The position numbers and the translations under genes are program-made. Below the pieces are notes generated by a model, which saw nothing but the letters and a program-made list of their open reading frames with translations, ran no database searches and was not told the DNA's origin. DNA of 54,349 nucleotides, counting the filler, from Basidioascus undulatus (Eukaryota): the NCBI GenBank assembly GCA_000826855.1. It is 3 parts of 3 records of this genome, joined end to end, with 100 filler letters (N's around TTAATTAATTAA, not from the genome) between each part and the next. Parts side by side here need not be neighbours in the genome. Positions count along the whole stretch, not along the records: positions 1 to 18,068 come from JTLS01000490.1; 2 more parts are not named here. The stretch is one strand, 5' to 3'. This document shows positions 1 through 13,240 of the stretch, in pieces; position 1 is the stretch's first letter, and each line of letters begins with the position of its first letter.

Positions 1-599
1 ATGGCCATTTGCCAGTGCCGATGGCCATGGTCCCAATATATCCCCCTCCCACAGACCATCCCTTTCCCCTTCGCCTCTCCGCCCGCACCGTCCGCCCCTC
101 CCGCTCAGGGCCAGGCTCGGACGTCAGCCCGCCAACGTCCGTCCTCTCGGATAAGGCGCCCTCATACGTTGCGGGCAGGGACAGGCGGACGTTGCCTGCT
201 TCGGAGAAGGCGGTGAGGTTGAGGGGAGGGTGGAGATTAGAAGGCCGGTTGACTCTGCGAAGGTTAAGGCGGTGAGGTGAAATAAGGGGCGGAGATATGG
301 GAGGCGTTGGAGTGACATTGAGCTGCGTGGGATGAAGGGGGGATAATCACTATGGGAAAAGCGTGGTGGAGCAGCTATCCATCTGGCTGTACTGTCTCCC
401 ACATATGCACTCTCACACTCTTTCAAGGTAGGGAAAGCATCTTCCCCCTCCATCTCGGGATCAATCTCGTTTTAAAAGTGGGACTCCAATGTCATGGTTG
501 ACTGGGCGGCAGCTGCTGTGGTGGTGGATGCCGCCCGGGGTCGGCACCAAGCGACAGTTCTGAGTCGGAGAGCAGCCAGAGCCAGTGACTGTGCCCAAG

Positions 600-1113
600 T
601 AGGGACAATGAACAGCTTTTGTTTTGAACTGCTCATGAGCAGCTCACCTGAACTGTTCATGAACACCACCTTGAACTGTTCATGAACAGATGCCCGTGAG
701 CAGTGAACTTGAATGAACAGGCTTGCGAATCTGCGACTGTTCATGACCTGTTCAAAATCTCAAGAGAAATCCGTCATGTTTGGAAAACACGGGCTGCATT
801 TGGCCCCCATGCAGCACAATTACAGCAGCGGACTTTCCACGTGCCCGTGTTTCACATTAGGGGGGGGGGAAGGCCGCTGTTAAAGGCCCTGAGGGGACCG
901 AAGTGCTCCTAACTGGTACCGCCCCCATAGCTGGAAGGCCCGGAAATGCTGGGGATTTGTTCACGAGCTGTTCGTATGTTTACGGTGAAGTCATGAACAA
1001 TGTTCATTAACATCGCTCTGTGAACTGTGAGAAGCTTCGAACAGGGTCAGACCGGCGTGAACGCTCACGACGAACGAACGCGTGAACAATTTGAACACTG
1101 TTCATTGTACTCC
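600..1113. mobile_element. Putative non-autonomous TIR DNA transposon (MITE-like)
   Basis: Perfect 11-bp inverted repeat ACAATGAACAG (605-615) / CTGTTCATTGT (1098-1108). Left end begins TAGGG. Dense TGAAC/GTTCA subterminal motifs at about 609-755 and 957-1105. No coding capacity and no clear TSD. Confidence 0.5.
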
Positions 1114-1830
1114 TTAAGCCTAACGGAGGTACAACGCTTCCTGCTATGAGGATGGTATTCCAGGGGATGTGTAATTTGTTCGGTATAACGAAGGAAGACG
1201 AGCACCCTTACGAGCGGCTAAAGTGCATGTCCAACAGGGCTCGCGAGCTCACGTGGACAGCTCGACAGTGCCACTCGCATGGTGTTTTCACCGAGCGAGT
1301 CTTCAAGAGGCACATACATTAAGCGGTCTCGTATGTGTACCAGTTCCTTATCAGGGACACTGGGACACTGGCTGAGCTCGGCGAGCCCAGCACCTTCGCC
1401 GGTACGGACAAACCGCTTAGGCTCTCTCACATGCGCACCCTCATGGTGCAACTGGCATCACATGCACTGTCTACCGCCTCGTCACCGGAGTTTTTCGAGG
1501 GCATCCTCCGTCGGTATCGGGGGGGCTGCGCGATTTCACGGAAACAATGCTTGGCATTGCCCGCCACAGTGCCAGCCTGTTGTGCTATGCCACCGCGTGA
1601 TGAGGGCTGCAACGCCAGCCTGCGCTCTTTTTATTCCGTGATACCCAGCTCTCGATGCAATATATTGCGCATATGCACCCCCTGGGGATCCCACACATGC
1701 AGGGAGCCACTATATGAAGGGCTCTCTTACCCCCTTCCACGCCCTGCACGCCCACAGCTGCATTCAACTGCATTCGCTGGGCAGTGACTACAGAAGCGAA
1801 GCCCTCTGATTTTTTCGATTGCGTACTCGA

Positions 1831-4800
1831 ATGACTAAAACTGTACGCGAGTTCGAGCGTGACTATAACGGCATCACGGTTGTGCCTGTCGAACCGCCGA
1901 CACCCAAGCAGGTACGTCCGCAACAATGTCACTCTCATTGCGCTATTGTCTAGCAAGCCACGCTTGGTAGGCCACTGAAGTCACTGGCGACATAACGACC
2001 TGCCTTTTCCAGATCTACAACTGGCGCATCTATGCCACGACTGCTCTAATCTGCCTTTCGTCGCTGTGAGTCGGCCTCCCCACTTGCACGGCCCAGATAG
2101 AGCCGGATATTGACGCCCAAGGCCCGTACAACTAGCTGCTATGGATACGATACAGTAAATTGTCTCATTTTTTCTCATTAAAAGACACAATTCACCCATA
2201 TCGGTTTTCAGGGCTTTCTGGGCGGCACGCTCGCCCTTCCCTCGACCGCCAGGGAGTTCGGGTTCAATGACATGACGAGTTCTAAGGTTGCAGCAGCAAA
2301 GGCGAACATTGTCTCCATGTGTAAGTCATTGAATAGGCAGCGATATTAGTATGGAGTCTCATAGTCGTTATACTCTGCAGTCCAAGCCGGTGCCTTCTTC
2401 GGTGAGCGAGCACGGGAATCGTCGGCCTGCATTGCCTCCGATAAAGCTGAGCCTTTCATACAGGCATCTGGCTTACGCTCTATTTCACTGAGCGGTTCGG
2501 TCGAAAGTTCTCTGTGCGTGTGCTTCTGCATGCGTCTCATGAAGGGGCAAGCTCTAACAGGACCTGCCCTGACAGACTCTGGTAAGCTTGAGGTTCTTAG
2601 TCTGCTCTGTCAAACTGTGCACGCTGCGATGCTGAACACGCTCCTACAGCTTGCCACTATATTCTTTGTCGGGGCGGGCCTCATGCAGACCTTCTCCAAC
2701 GGCTCCGTCCGTAAGTCTTTGCCTAACCATCTCTCCGCCTATTCTCCAACTGACAATCTCTTCTCCGTCAGCCATCATGTTTGGCGGACGTTTCATCTCG
2801 GGGCTGGCTATTGGGACAATCAGTCTGGTAAGCTCTACTGGATAATTCCTTTTCAAATTACTGACAACGTGCCGGACCTGGTAACAGGTTACACCCGTGT
2901 ACATCAGCGAGAGCGCCCCTCCGAAGGTACACCGGGCATTGGATGACTCCGCCGATGCTCCTTAGAACTGACAAATGAGCCTCCCATCTTTCGCAGATTC
3001 GTGGGCGCTTGGTCGGGTTCGTGGAAATCGCCCTTCAGATTGGCACCCTCGTCGGCTTCTGGATCAACTATGGTGTCGAGGTCAACATTCCGGCCTCGTC
3101 TCGCCTTCAATGGCAAATTCCTGTGTTCACACAACTGTTTCCCGCCGGCTTGCTCTTGATCGGACTACCGTTTATCAAGGTTTCAGGCTTTCATTTACCT
3201 ACCTGATCTCATTTTTCTGAGCCTTGCTGCAGGACACTCCTCGCTGGCTCATGAAAGCTGGTCGTCGCGAAGACGCCGTGAAGGCCCTATGTGCGATTCG
3301 GCAGCTCCCGCCTTCACACGAGTATATCGTGTGGGAGACGTAAGTTTGGCTTCAAGCAGCATACACAGTGGCGCTCTCCCTTACTTTACTTTCTGTCAAC
3401 TAGGGCCTTGGTCCAGAATCAGCTCGACCAAGAAACTGCGATTGTCGGAGGTGCCAGCTTCGCGCAGCTGTTCCGTGAGCTGTGGATGCCTGGCGCCCGC
3501 AACCGCGTCTTCCTCGGGATGTTGATGATGGCTTTCAAGAGTGTGTCCTTCGAATTTTGACTATACCCACTCATTTATTGAAATCTGAGTTTCTAGATCT
3601 TACGGGGATAAATGGTATGCTTTCTTACATGCTCCTTTCTTCGCAACAAGCTGACGCGAAGAGGCCGCCCTTTTAGCGATCAATTGTGAGTGGCTCCCGC
3701 GCTCGCGCTAATATAATGTCACTGACATTCCTGCTTCACCCAGACTATTCGTCAGTCCCGCTTGTTCTCATTATGAGAAACCGGAAAGCTAAGCTTTATG
3801 GTCGTTCTTAGCCCGACAGTCTTCGCTCAGCTCGGCTTCGAAGGACGTACAGCTTTGCTCGTCACCGGTGCATACGGTCTGGCGAAGACTGTCGCAAGCT
3901 TCATTTTCATGTTCTGGTTGATTGACCGCATTGGGAGACGGCGCCCGTGAGTACATCATTCAGGCTTCTTCGCGGGCGTCTCATCACCTATCTCGCGCAG
4001 GCTCATGGTCGGTGGAATGGCCGGCTTCTTGGCCATGCTTTACGTCGCAATTTTTGTAAGTTTTTCTAAAGCCCTCATAGGAAATCCTAATGCTGTCTTG
4101 TATAGCTAATGAGAAGCGGATTCCCGACACCAGATATTTGTCACCAAATCGGACGTGGACAACGTAGGCGTCGGATCGGATCGGACCCCTGCAGGTTATG
4201 TGGCGGTGGTCGCTATATTCGCCTACGCGGTGGCCTATTGTTTCAGCTGGAACTCGACCCCGTGGTGCTACTGTAAGAGAATGATGCCAGGCGCAGACAG
4301 GCAGCACCGCTAACGTGCCCAACGTCAACAGGCTCGGAGATCTTCACGGCCAGGCTGAGAACGCTCTCAAGCTCCTTGTCGATCTCTGTTCAATGGATCA
4401 TGCAGGCAAGTGCTTAGATCTGGATTTGTGAGCTTGAAACTGGCTACATGACTGACAGCGAGAATCTTAGTTCGCTGTCGTCCGAGCCACGCCGTTTGTC
4501 TTCTCCTCTCCTTAAAGGCCTGCTTTTGTATCTGTCTGACTGAAAGGATCGCACAGCTACATGCTTGACAAGCTTCAGGGCGGAACTTACCTCTTTTTCG
4601 GTGCCTGGATGTGTGTGATGTCTGTCTGGGTAAGCCCGTTCTCCGTTTCAGACTTCATTGTCTGGAGGCCACTGACGGTATTCATTGGCTAAAGGTCTAC
4701 TTCTGCATGTAAGCATTGTCTGATTCCATCAGCTTCCACTATGGGATCCGAGCTGACCTCCCTCGTAGTCCTGAGACAAAGGGAATGCCGCTCGAACGGT

Positions 4801-4966
4801 GAGTCTGACTTGCTTTCTCTTCCAAAGGCAAGGCTGACCAGTTGGTTCTCTCAGCATGGACGAGATCTTCGGCAAGGTTGGCGGCCACTCGGAGGATGCC
4901 GAGGCACAGCGTCCACCGCTCAAGGAGAAGCTGTCCGACATCCGTGTCGACGAAGGCAAGGATTGA
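1831..4966 (+). CDS. MFS sugar-porter family transporter, quinate permease (QutD/Qa-Y)-like; many introns
   Basis: Spliced peptide MTKT...PPTPKQ|IYNWRIY, YGYDT, ANIVSM..QAGAFFG, PVYISESAP, LQWQIP, TPRWL, TGINAINYYSPTVF, IDRIGRR, PETKGMPLERMDEIF; stop TGA at 4964-4966. Confidence 0.9.
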
Positions 4967-5691
4967 GAACAGGTTCAAATCTCCCCTCTCGGGAATGTGG
5001 GGTGAAACAGATGGCTTGCTTTTGACTGCTGAAGTATAACGGTTGCTGAAAAGTACCCATGCAAATTGATACTGTCGCTTTTGAAACTCTAGGGTGAAGC
5101 AGTTAGGATGCGTCTTCAGTTGACAGTTGTGTCCTCGCTGTTCCTACTTTGCAACCAGAATAAAAGACTGGTAGTATACTTCTTTTAGCCTAAGTCAAAA
5201 TGGTCACATGCGTTATAACCAAAGTGTGTGTCCAACATGTTCAGCAGTGACGACGGAGGCTGCAGTCTGCGGCAATGACTGACCTTGGCCAACGCTTCCC
5301 ATCTTGGAACGTCCCGCCATCCCATTCAGCCATTTGTCATAAAAATAATTCAAACGAAGTGGGCTTGGGAAGCTTTCACTCAGCTGGAGCCAACAGCAAG
5401 CACCGCGGTGGACATGGCTACGAAGAAATTACATGTTTTAGCCTTGCATCACGGCCAATACAACCTTAGTAAAAACCACATACAATCAATTTTTCTGCCT
5501 TTTTGGTTGTGGCATGAGTTGCCAGGTTTCCTTCTGCACTGCGGCCCGCAGTTAGCCGCCGGTCGGCCAAGATAGTCTTCCATTGTGCATCCGCGTTTGG
5601 AGAAGCTCGCCAATCTGTGAACTCTTTGGTTCAACCCTTCGGTTCTTTCTCTATAACCACTTGTCCCTTCAGATAGTTCTCATCTCTGTCA

Positions 5692-7073
5692 ATGTGGCCG
5701 TTCACCCACGCGGATTGGCGCCCACGACCGACGCACTGGCTGTACGGTGGCGCCGTCTATGTACCGCTCGTGCTTACAGCAGTCTGGCTGGCCGACATCT
5801 GTGGACTTGTGGGACTTTGGATCGGGAAGGATCACAGGAGTCGATATGGGGTACGCTTTTCCTTCTCCACCGACGGGAGCATAACATGCTAACTCCTTCC
5901 GAGCACAGTGGGGAGCTTACGTCGTCTTCATCTCGGATGTCTGTCACACTTTCATCTACCGGCACCAGACCAGGAGATAAAAGGAATTTAAAGTATGCTC
6001 TGGAGTTGTTTAGGTCGGAGCACATCACAAAACATTCTTCATAGTCCTCAACAGCGTGTCGGCCTTCTTTTACATCCTCTCGTTCGTCAGGTTCATCTCC
6101 TTTAAATGTAACCTTGAAAGCTTACATGAAGGCCTCCCCATGAAATTACACAGTTTAGTGCTCGAGAGATGGCTCAGACATACGGATTGTATCCCGGGAA
6201 CAGAACGCGCTCGACAGAGAATCTTTGATGGCCTGGCCATCTTATTCTGCGTGGCTGCGTCGGCTTGTCTAGCCTTCCTGGCCATCTTCGACGACATAAA
6301 CTACTCTTCGGCACACTGGTCAGCTGACCATTTTTTCCCGAACAGCAAAATAGGGATCCTTCATTTCTAACAATCTTTTCTAGGGCGTTGGCGTTGGGGT
6401 TCATTGGTGAGGCTCTCCGACTACATCTCCTCTAGCACGAAAGTGAACAGAAAATTTTTCATCCAAATCCAGGCTGCGCTTCCTTATCAGCGATTTTCCA
6501 GACACTCGAAGTCTGGACGCTCGCATCAGACTACCCGGAGCGCAGTCACCTGCGCCGGAACGCTATCATCAAGTTGTTGATCCTTGCTATCGGCCTTTGC
6601 ATGGTCATCGTCCGTTAAACAAACTCAGTCCTGGATCTATGTAAACCAAATGGCTAACGCTCCAATTGCACCAGGGATTTGGCGTCACATTCGGCATCTG
6701 CAAAGGTGACTCCGTCAGCAGCTCCACGCCCGACGTCGATCCCAAGTGCAACTACATCACATCCATCAACGCGTCCTTTGAGTGGTCTGCAGCCTTTGCG
6801 CTGGCCCTCTACTTCCTCTCACTTGTGAGCTGTACTTCGCTTGAAGCGCCTGAACACTGAAGCTCACCTCGAACGCGGCAGGCGCTCGACCTCTTCCCCG
6901 CTGCGAAGACGTCCTCACGGTATCGACGTCGCGTTGCCGCTTGGGAGGAGAAGGTAAAGGGTTCCATCTCTGAACTTCCCATGCTCAGCCTGGTTGTACT
7001 GACTCTTCCTGATGCATAGCATGTCGTCGAAATGGCCCCGAACCGGAAGAGTACTCGTCATGACCTTGTTTGA
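5692..7073 (+). CDS. Frag1/DRAM/Sfk1 family membrane protein
   Basis: Hydrophobic exons with VVFISDV, LERWLRH, LAIFDDINYSSAHW, INASFEWSAAF and LDLFPAAKTS, resembling fungal Sfk1; spliced; stop at 7071-7073. Confidence 0.75.
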
Positions 7074-7510
7074 TACTGTTCGTCGCATGCCATTGCTTGT
7101 GTGAATGCCAGACATGAACCGGTGGAAAGTCTGTATGTAGCCGCCAGAAACGATCCCTCGAAAGTGTTTGTTGTCTGCCATAGTATGGGGAACCACCCGC
7201 CGCTACCAAGGTGAGTGACAGTCCTCCGAACACGCGAACACAAGCCTCCTTTTCGAGGTCGGGAACTGCACCCCGTTCAGTAGCTCTCTTGAGTGGATTT
7301 CCAGCCGATAGAATCTTTTTGACTGTTTATCTTCACGTATTCAGAAATCCGGCGTCCTTGCAGCGGTGGGTACGGTACATGAAAAAGGAGACAGCCCGAC
7401 GCGAGAACCGCTGACAAGCCCGGAAGCAAAATAATTCGAGTGCCGCCACTGCACTGCAACCTTGACGGTCTTCTCGCTTGCCTCCTCGCGCTCTATTTCT
7501 TCATTTCACC

Positions 7511-9858
7511 ATGTCAAACGATCCGGCGCAATTCGACGATGCTCCCGAGGCGGAAGAGCCGTACCTCGCCCAGCCGGTCCCCTCGACACCTGCGACCCGC
7601 CTGGCCGAACCAGCTCCTACTGCGCCCGAGCAAGGGTACGCAGCGGCGAGGGAGCCGGGCGCTGGATACATCGACGAGGATGAGGAGAACGTTCCCGAGG
7701 CGGAGCGCCTGGAAAGTGGGACAGGGCCGGAGGCGCGTGAGGCAGGACTGGAGGATGAGGCGGAGCATGAGGAGGACGGGTACCACGGGAGTGATTGGGA
7801 TGAGAACGATGATTGGGAAGGCGGGGAGGAGATCGACGAGGTGAACGATCAGGACTGGGAGGGCGCTGGAAAGGGTGGGTCTTTGCTTTGAGGGACTTCG
7901 AGCTTGGTGTCGCGTGAGGTGCGTGATGGAAGATGGGCCTTCTGACATACATTTCTCCGCCTTCCCAGACTTCACAAAGCAATACAACCGACTCCGACAA
8001 CAAGTACACGCCACCCGAACCCCTGCGCCTGCCGCTTCTACATCCTCTCATACTCCCTCATCCGCGACCCCGCTTCCAGCGACGAACCGCCCTCGTCGTC
8101 CCCCACCTCCCCCTACCTCCGCCGCCGTCTCTACCGCCGCCATCGCCGCCAAGAAGGAGCACGCCGATCAGCTCACGCGCCTAACCGCGCTCTTCGCGAA
8201 CCAGATCAACCTCGCGCCGTATACCAAGGAGAAGACGCGCGAGAAGGATAAGAGCGACCGCGCGACGACCGAGCAGGTCTTGGACGATCGGACGCGCCTT
8301 ATCCTCCTCAAGATGGTCAACCGCGGCGTCGTGGCGCAGGTGAACGGGTGCTTGAGTACGGGCAAGGAGGTGCGATTTCTCTTTCCTTCTGCTGACTGTT
8401 CTCATCTCGACTATCCGACTCACGCACACTTTTCCAACAGGCCAACGTCTACCACGCCGCCGCCCCGCAACTCGACCCCTCGATCCCCGCCACCTCCCTC
8501 GCGCTCAAAATCTACAAGACCTCGATCCTCATCTTCAAGGACCGCGACCGCTATGTGACGGGCGAGTTCCGCTTCCGGCGCGGGTACGCCAAGTCGAACC
8601 CGCGCAAAATGGTCCGGCTCTGGGCGGAGAAGGAGATGCGCAACCTCAAGCGCATGTGGGAGAAGGGCATGCGCTGCCCGCAGCCCATTGAGGTCCGCGA
8701 GAACGTCCTCTGCATGGAGTTCTTTGGCACGCCGGACGGATGGTGAGCATTTATGATGAAGCTACTTCTCCCGCGAGGGCGCTGAATGATGGTTTCCTAC
8801 AGGGCGTCGCCGAGGCTCAAGGACGCCGCAATCCCTTCGAGCAAGCTTCCTGGGCTGTACGCTGAGCTCGTCTGCGCCGTACGCATGATGTACCGCGCCT
8901 GCCGTCTCGTCCATGCTGATCTTTCCGAGTACAACATCCTGTGCGTTTCCGTCTCTCACGTCCATTGACCACAGGACAGAGCCTGATCTTACATTTTCTT
9001 TACTCGCAGGTATCACGCCTCCCACCTCTACATTATCGACGTCTCGCAATCCGTCGAGCACGACCATCCCGCCGCATTCGACTTCCTCCGCTCCGACCTG
9101 CGCAACGTCGAGTCCTTCTTTGCGAAGCAAGGCGTGCACACGCTCGGCCTGCGGCGGACGTTCGACTTCGTGGTCGCCGAGAGCCTACGCGAGGGCGGCG
9201 AGCGGCGAGCGCCGGGCGAGGTCGAGCCGGACGAGGAGATGGAGGCCGTCCTGGCCGAGTGGCTCGCGGCGCCCGCGCCTGTGGAGCAGGACGCGAAGGA
9301 CGAGGCGAAGAAGGACGATGCCGTGTTCTTCTCGAGTTATATCCCCCGGACCTTGAACGAGGTGTACGACCCCGAACGCGACGTCGACCGCATCAAGAGG
9401 GGAGAGGGGAAGGACCTCATCTACGCGGGCGTGACGGGCGTCGCGGAGGTTAACAAGGGCGAGGAGGACGAGGTGCTAGAGAATGGGAAGACGGGGAAGA
9501 CGGTGCGCGTGGTGGAGGAGCAGCGCTTGGCTGCAGAGGAGGATGCCGAATCGGAGGGGGAGGAGGAGGATGGCGAGGAGGATGTCGAAGACGAGGAGAG
9601 CGAGGAGGACGACGAGGACGGCCGGAAGCCTCGTGGGCCCAAGGGCAAGAAGTTCGAGGACAAGGATGCGAAGAAGGTGCGCGTTACCCATATTCTTCCC
9701 ACTTCTTCGCCCGACCCTGGCGTTGACTTGACGTGCTATTGTCGCGTTTGCAGGGGCGGAAAGCGGCGGCCAAGGAGGAGGCTCGTGAGCGGCGCAAGCA
9801 CAAGATCCCCAAGGCCGAGAAGAAGCGCAAGATCAAGACTAGCCGGGGTGGACGCTGA
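7511..9858 (+). CDS. RIO1: RIO1 atypical Ser/Thr kinase (40S maturation)
   Basis: [95 protein letters not shown]; basic C-terminal tail. Confidence 0.97.
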
Positions 9859-10052
9859 GCTGGACTGTCCTTTCTTTCGCACTTCCTATACTGTCGCTTC
9901 GTCCTTGTTGCATCATACCCTTTTCGTGAGGCACCGACTGCTTGCTTGCACGTTCGCTTCAGTCATTTCGTCTCCGCACGCACTGCCTTGTCCGCCCAAC
10001 GCTGCGCCAGAAGCTTTCGATTTCAGGAGGCTTCAACAAATGCCGCAGCGGA

Positions 10053-11656
10053 TCATTGATTCGAGCTAGGCAATACAGCTCTCGGATACAGTGGCTTCAA
10101 CACAGCGAGCGTGGCCTGACTGTCGCGGCTGTTGACGAGCAGGACCTCGCTGTCCGTCCGAGGAGTCGGGTTTCGAACAGCACTGGGGAAAACGACATCA
10201 CTCTTAAGCTTGAGGGCCTCCGAAATTTGGTCCGATGGGCACTCACCGCTTCTCGGTTAACCGAAGGACAGAAAGGAAGATGACGAGCAGCAACAGCGGG
10301 ACGAGCGAGAACGAGGTTACCCAGGCTGCCCGTAGCCCGGTTCGCTGGATTGGGAGTAGGGAGTCTTTGCAGGGTGGGTAGGTAGAGTTGGGGTGGCAGT
10401 GCTTGGTCGCAGGTGCGTCGTCTGGGAAGGAAGCAGTTGCGTCAGCAACATTTTCCTGGAAACGGGAGAAGGGAACAAGTCGGACAGAGAGAGCTGTCGA
10501 AGCCGCAGCAGTGCAGCTGGAGGGAAAGTGCAACATTTCAGCATGGATAGAACGGTTACTTTCGCAGACCAGGAAATAGACTTGCAGCCTCCTGAAAGGA
10601 CAGTCTCGCCACGTCGTCGAGTCCTCCCCACACCTCGCCCGCGGTGCTCTCGAGCGCAAAGACGTCCCGCTGAAAGGCGACGCAGCCGAGATAGAGGATG
10701 AAGAAGAGGGAAGACCAGAGGAAGAGAAACGATGAAATCAACACCCCCTTCTTTCTCGACAGGTTGCCGATGAGGCTGGAGAGGCCGGCCAGAAGGAGGA
10801 GAGGGCCGGCGACGGTCGCGACTGTCTCCGACAAATGGATCAGCGGCGTCAACGCAAAAAGTCTAGGAAGTAGTGGAGAAGACGCACAGATAAGGATGTC
10901 TGAGTTGAACAGGATGAAAAGGGGTGTGTGCGGTAATGCTTGAATGCGGAGTGAGCCGCTGGGTTGCGATTGTGCAGGGCATACACAGACGACATACCTT
11001 CTAGCCAGGACAAGGTCGCGAGCAGCGTTCCAGCCAAGCCACCGAGGAGTATCTGTGAGACTGCGTGAGCCAAGTCGGGCATGTTCGAATAGAAACATCT
11101 GGCGTACGAATGCTGCCCCGCAGACCAAAACGACATCCCGTCCTCTCCGCTCCGAGCGTCCCTCGCGTTGTGCTTCGGCATCCCTCACGCTCTCCCTTGC
11201 CTCTCCTAGCCTGATCACTTCCCATTGTTCCGCTACCTCACCGATCCCCGCACCATCCTTCTCCGACCCCTTACGTGAGAGCAAGCTCGCCTGGGACCTT
11301 CTCGCAGCGATGAGCTGGAGATCAAGCGGGCGCGCCGGCGGCGGCTGGTGCACGAGCCGGACTGTGGGCGTGTCCGGCAGCGGTCCCGCAGGGGGTTGGC
11401 TGACGAGCCTGACGGTAGGAGTCGGCGGGAAGTCCGGGGTGGGGAGAGTGGACCATGTCGAGGTGCTCAGAGTCGAGGATGAGATGCCGAGGCCGACAGC
11501 AAGGGAGGACATCGGGGGAAAGGGAGAGAGGGGAAGGGGAGGAGAAGACGGCAAGGAGTGGAATGTTGTTAGGGTGTCGCTGCGGTGATGCTGCTGGCCG
11601 GGGGAGCGGCGACGGAGGGAGGGGGAGAGGGAGGGGGAAAGCGAAGGGGAGGTCAT
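10053..11656 (-). CDS. Fungal tetraspanin, Tsp2-type (long Pro/Ser-rich N-terminal tail)
   Basis: Transmembrane segments followed by spliced RLSFQEA|LHCCGFDSSL|..ATKHCHPNSTYPPCK (CCG plus two Cys in EC2) and a final TM helix. The start ATG is a best guess. Confidence 0.75.
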
Positions 11657-13240
11657 TGGAATGATAGGGATGGTAGGGACGAGGTACGAGGTTATAAGAC
11701 TCGGTGGGAGTGGGTGGTAGATGGAAGACGACAAGGAGGCCTCAGAGGTTGAGCTGAAGGGGGCGTTGACATGTGAACTGCGACGACGACAGGAAGCCTG
11801 GCAGGCTCACCGCTAGACGATAGCGTTGCCACGAGCAGCGTTTGCACACAATCGTGTTTCAATAGGGACTTCAGGCTTTTTCCTATGGGGTATATTGCAT
11901 TGCATCTTGCTGGTGGCGTCCTCAGAGGGCGCAGCGGAATAGGCGACCCACAAAATTTCACTTTGCTCGACTAAGGGGCGCTCCTCGTCTTGCTACATAA
12001 ACCACCCTCTTTAAGCTTGATCCTGTAGTCTTACAACGTGTTTTCCTTCATGATCCACGCTTCGGAGGCAAGACGGGCAACCGGCTGCAACTGCACAATC
12101 TGGGCAGCGAACCATCATCGTGCTCAGCCCATGCTGCAGTATCTCAACGGGCCTTCTGACCTTCCTTGGAGGATTATCTCTTAATATAGACCTTTAGATA
12201 TTCTTATGATCTGGTTCCATTAAGCCAGGTGGATGTCGTCTAGTCTTCGGCATGCATCGCTGTGTCGCTGTGTCGGGCCTGGTGCCCTTACATGCCTTTC
12301 TGGCGACTTACGAACAAGACATACATATCTGCGCCCTTGTGGTATTTTACAATGGCTATCGACTTTTATGAGTAGTCATAGCAACAACGTGTACGGTGCG
12401 GTATTGGCCACCGCAAGTCGCGCTCGTTCAGAGTGGTGGTACTCCTCAGTGTCACAGCGGCCGCCTGCCAGTCAGCACCCGTTTGCCTTGTATGTAGTGT
12501 TCCTAACTTCTATCGCTCTGTCCTCAAAGACAGGTTGTGATGAACTGGTAGAACACCGCGACGCTGCGGCTGTCCCGGCGGTGGAAGTTGACTTCGCCAG
12601 TTAGGTTCCTCAACCACTCACGATCAAGCGGCCGCCTGCGTCCGAATTACGTCTTGATACAGGCTACCTGTAATGTCCGATATATAAATATATAGTTGAG
12701 CAATTGCTCAACCATCCACAATAAACATGAGGAGCGCTGCTTCCGTGTTTCCAGAAGGGTCCACGACGACCTCAGAGATAACGAGATCATCACGGAGAAT
12801 GTGTTTAACCGAGGGTACGCGCGCAATCAGCCGCGGTTGCAGAACCATTTTGCCACAGATAAGGAGCGGTACACAAGCTGAGCAAGCGGAAGATCGGTAC
12901 AGCCGGTCGCGAGGCGCTGGCTGACAAGTCCGGCGCCGGCTGGCCCCTCGCCCTCGCCCGCGTTCCTTCGCTCGTCCTTCATATTCTCGCCAGTCGTGCG
13001 CCCCTCCCCCCTTGACCATCTTCCAACACGGCCTCTCTTCGCAGCACCCTTGCACGCACCCGCCTCCCGAGGAATCCATTAACCTCGCCCTACACCACCG
13101 CCCGCACTTTTGCGTCCTTTGCTAGGCCCAACACCCGCTCGGCAAGGCTCTTCAACTCCGCCACACCACTCGTCGTGATCGCAGCTTTCCACTCTTCCCG
13201 CTCTTCTTCCTCCACCGAACCCATCCGCCACTTCGCTCCA

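Noticed and set aside
600..1110. CRISPR-like array
   Set aside because: Motifs are short, irregularly spaced and in both orientations; eukaryotic context with no cas genes.
8753..8786. ATGATGA...CTGA in a RIO1 intron, resembling a C/D snoRNA
   Set aside because: The boxes are only about 22 nt apart and the CTGA coincides with the branch point.
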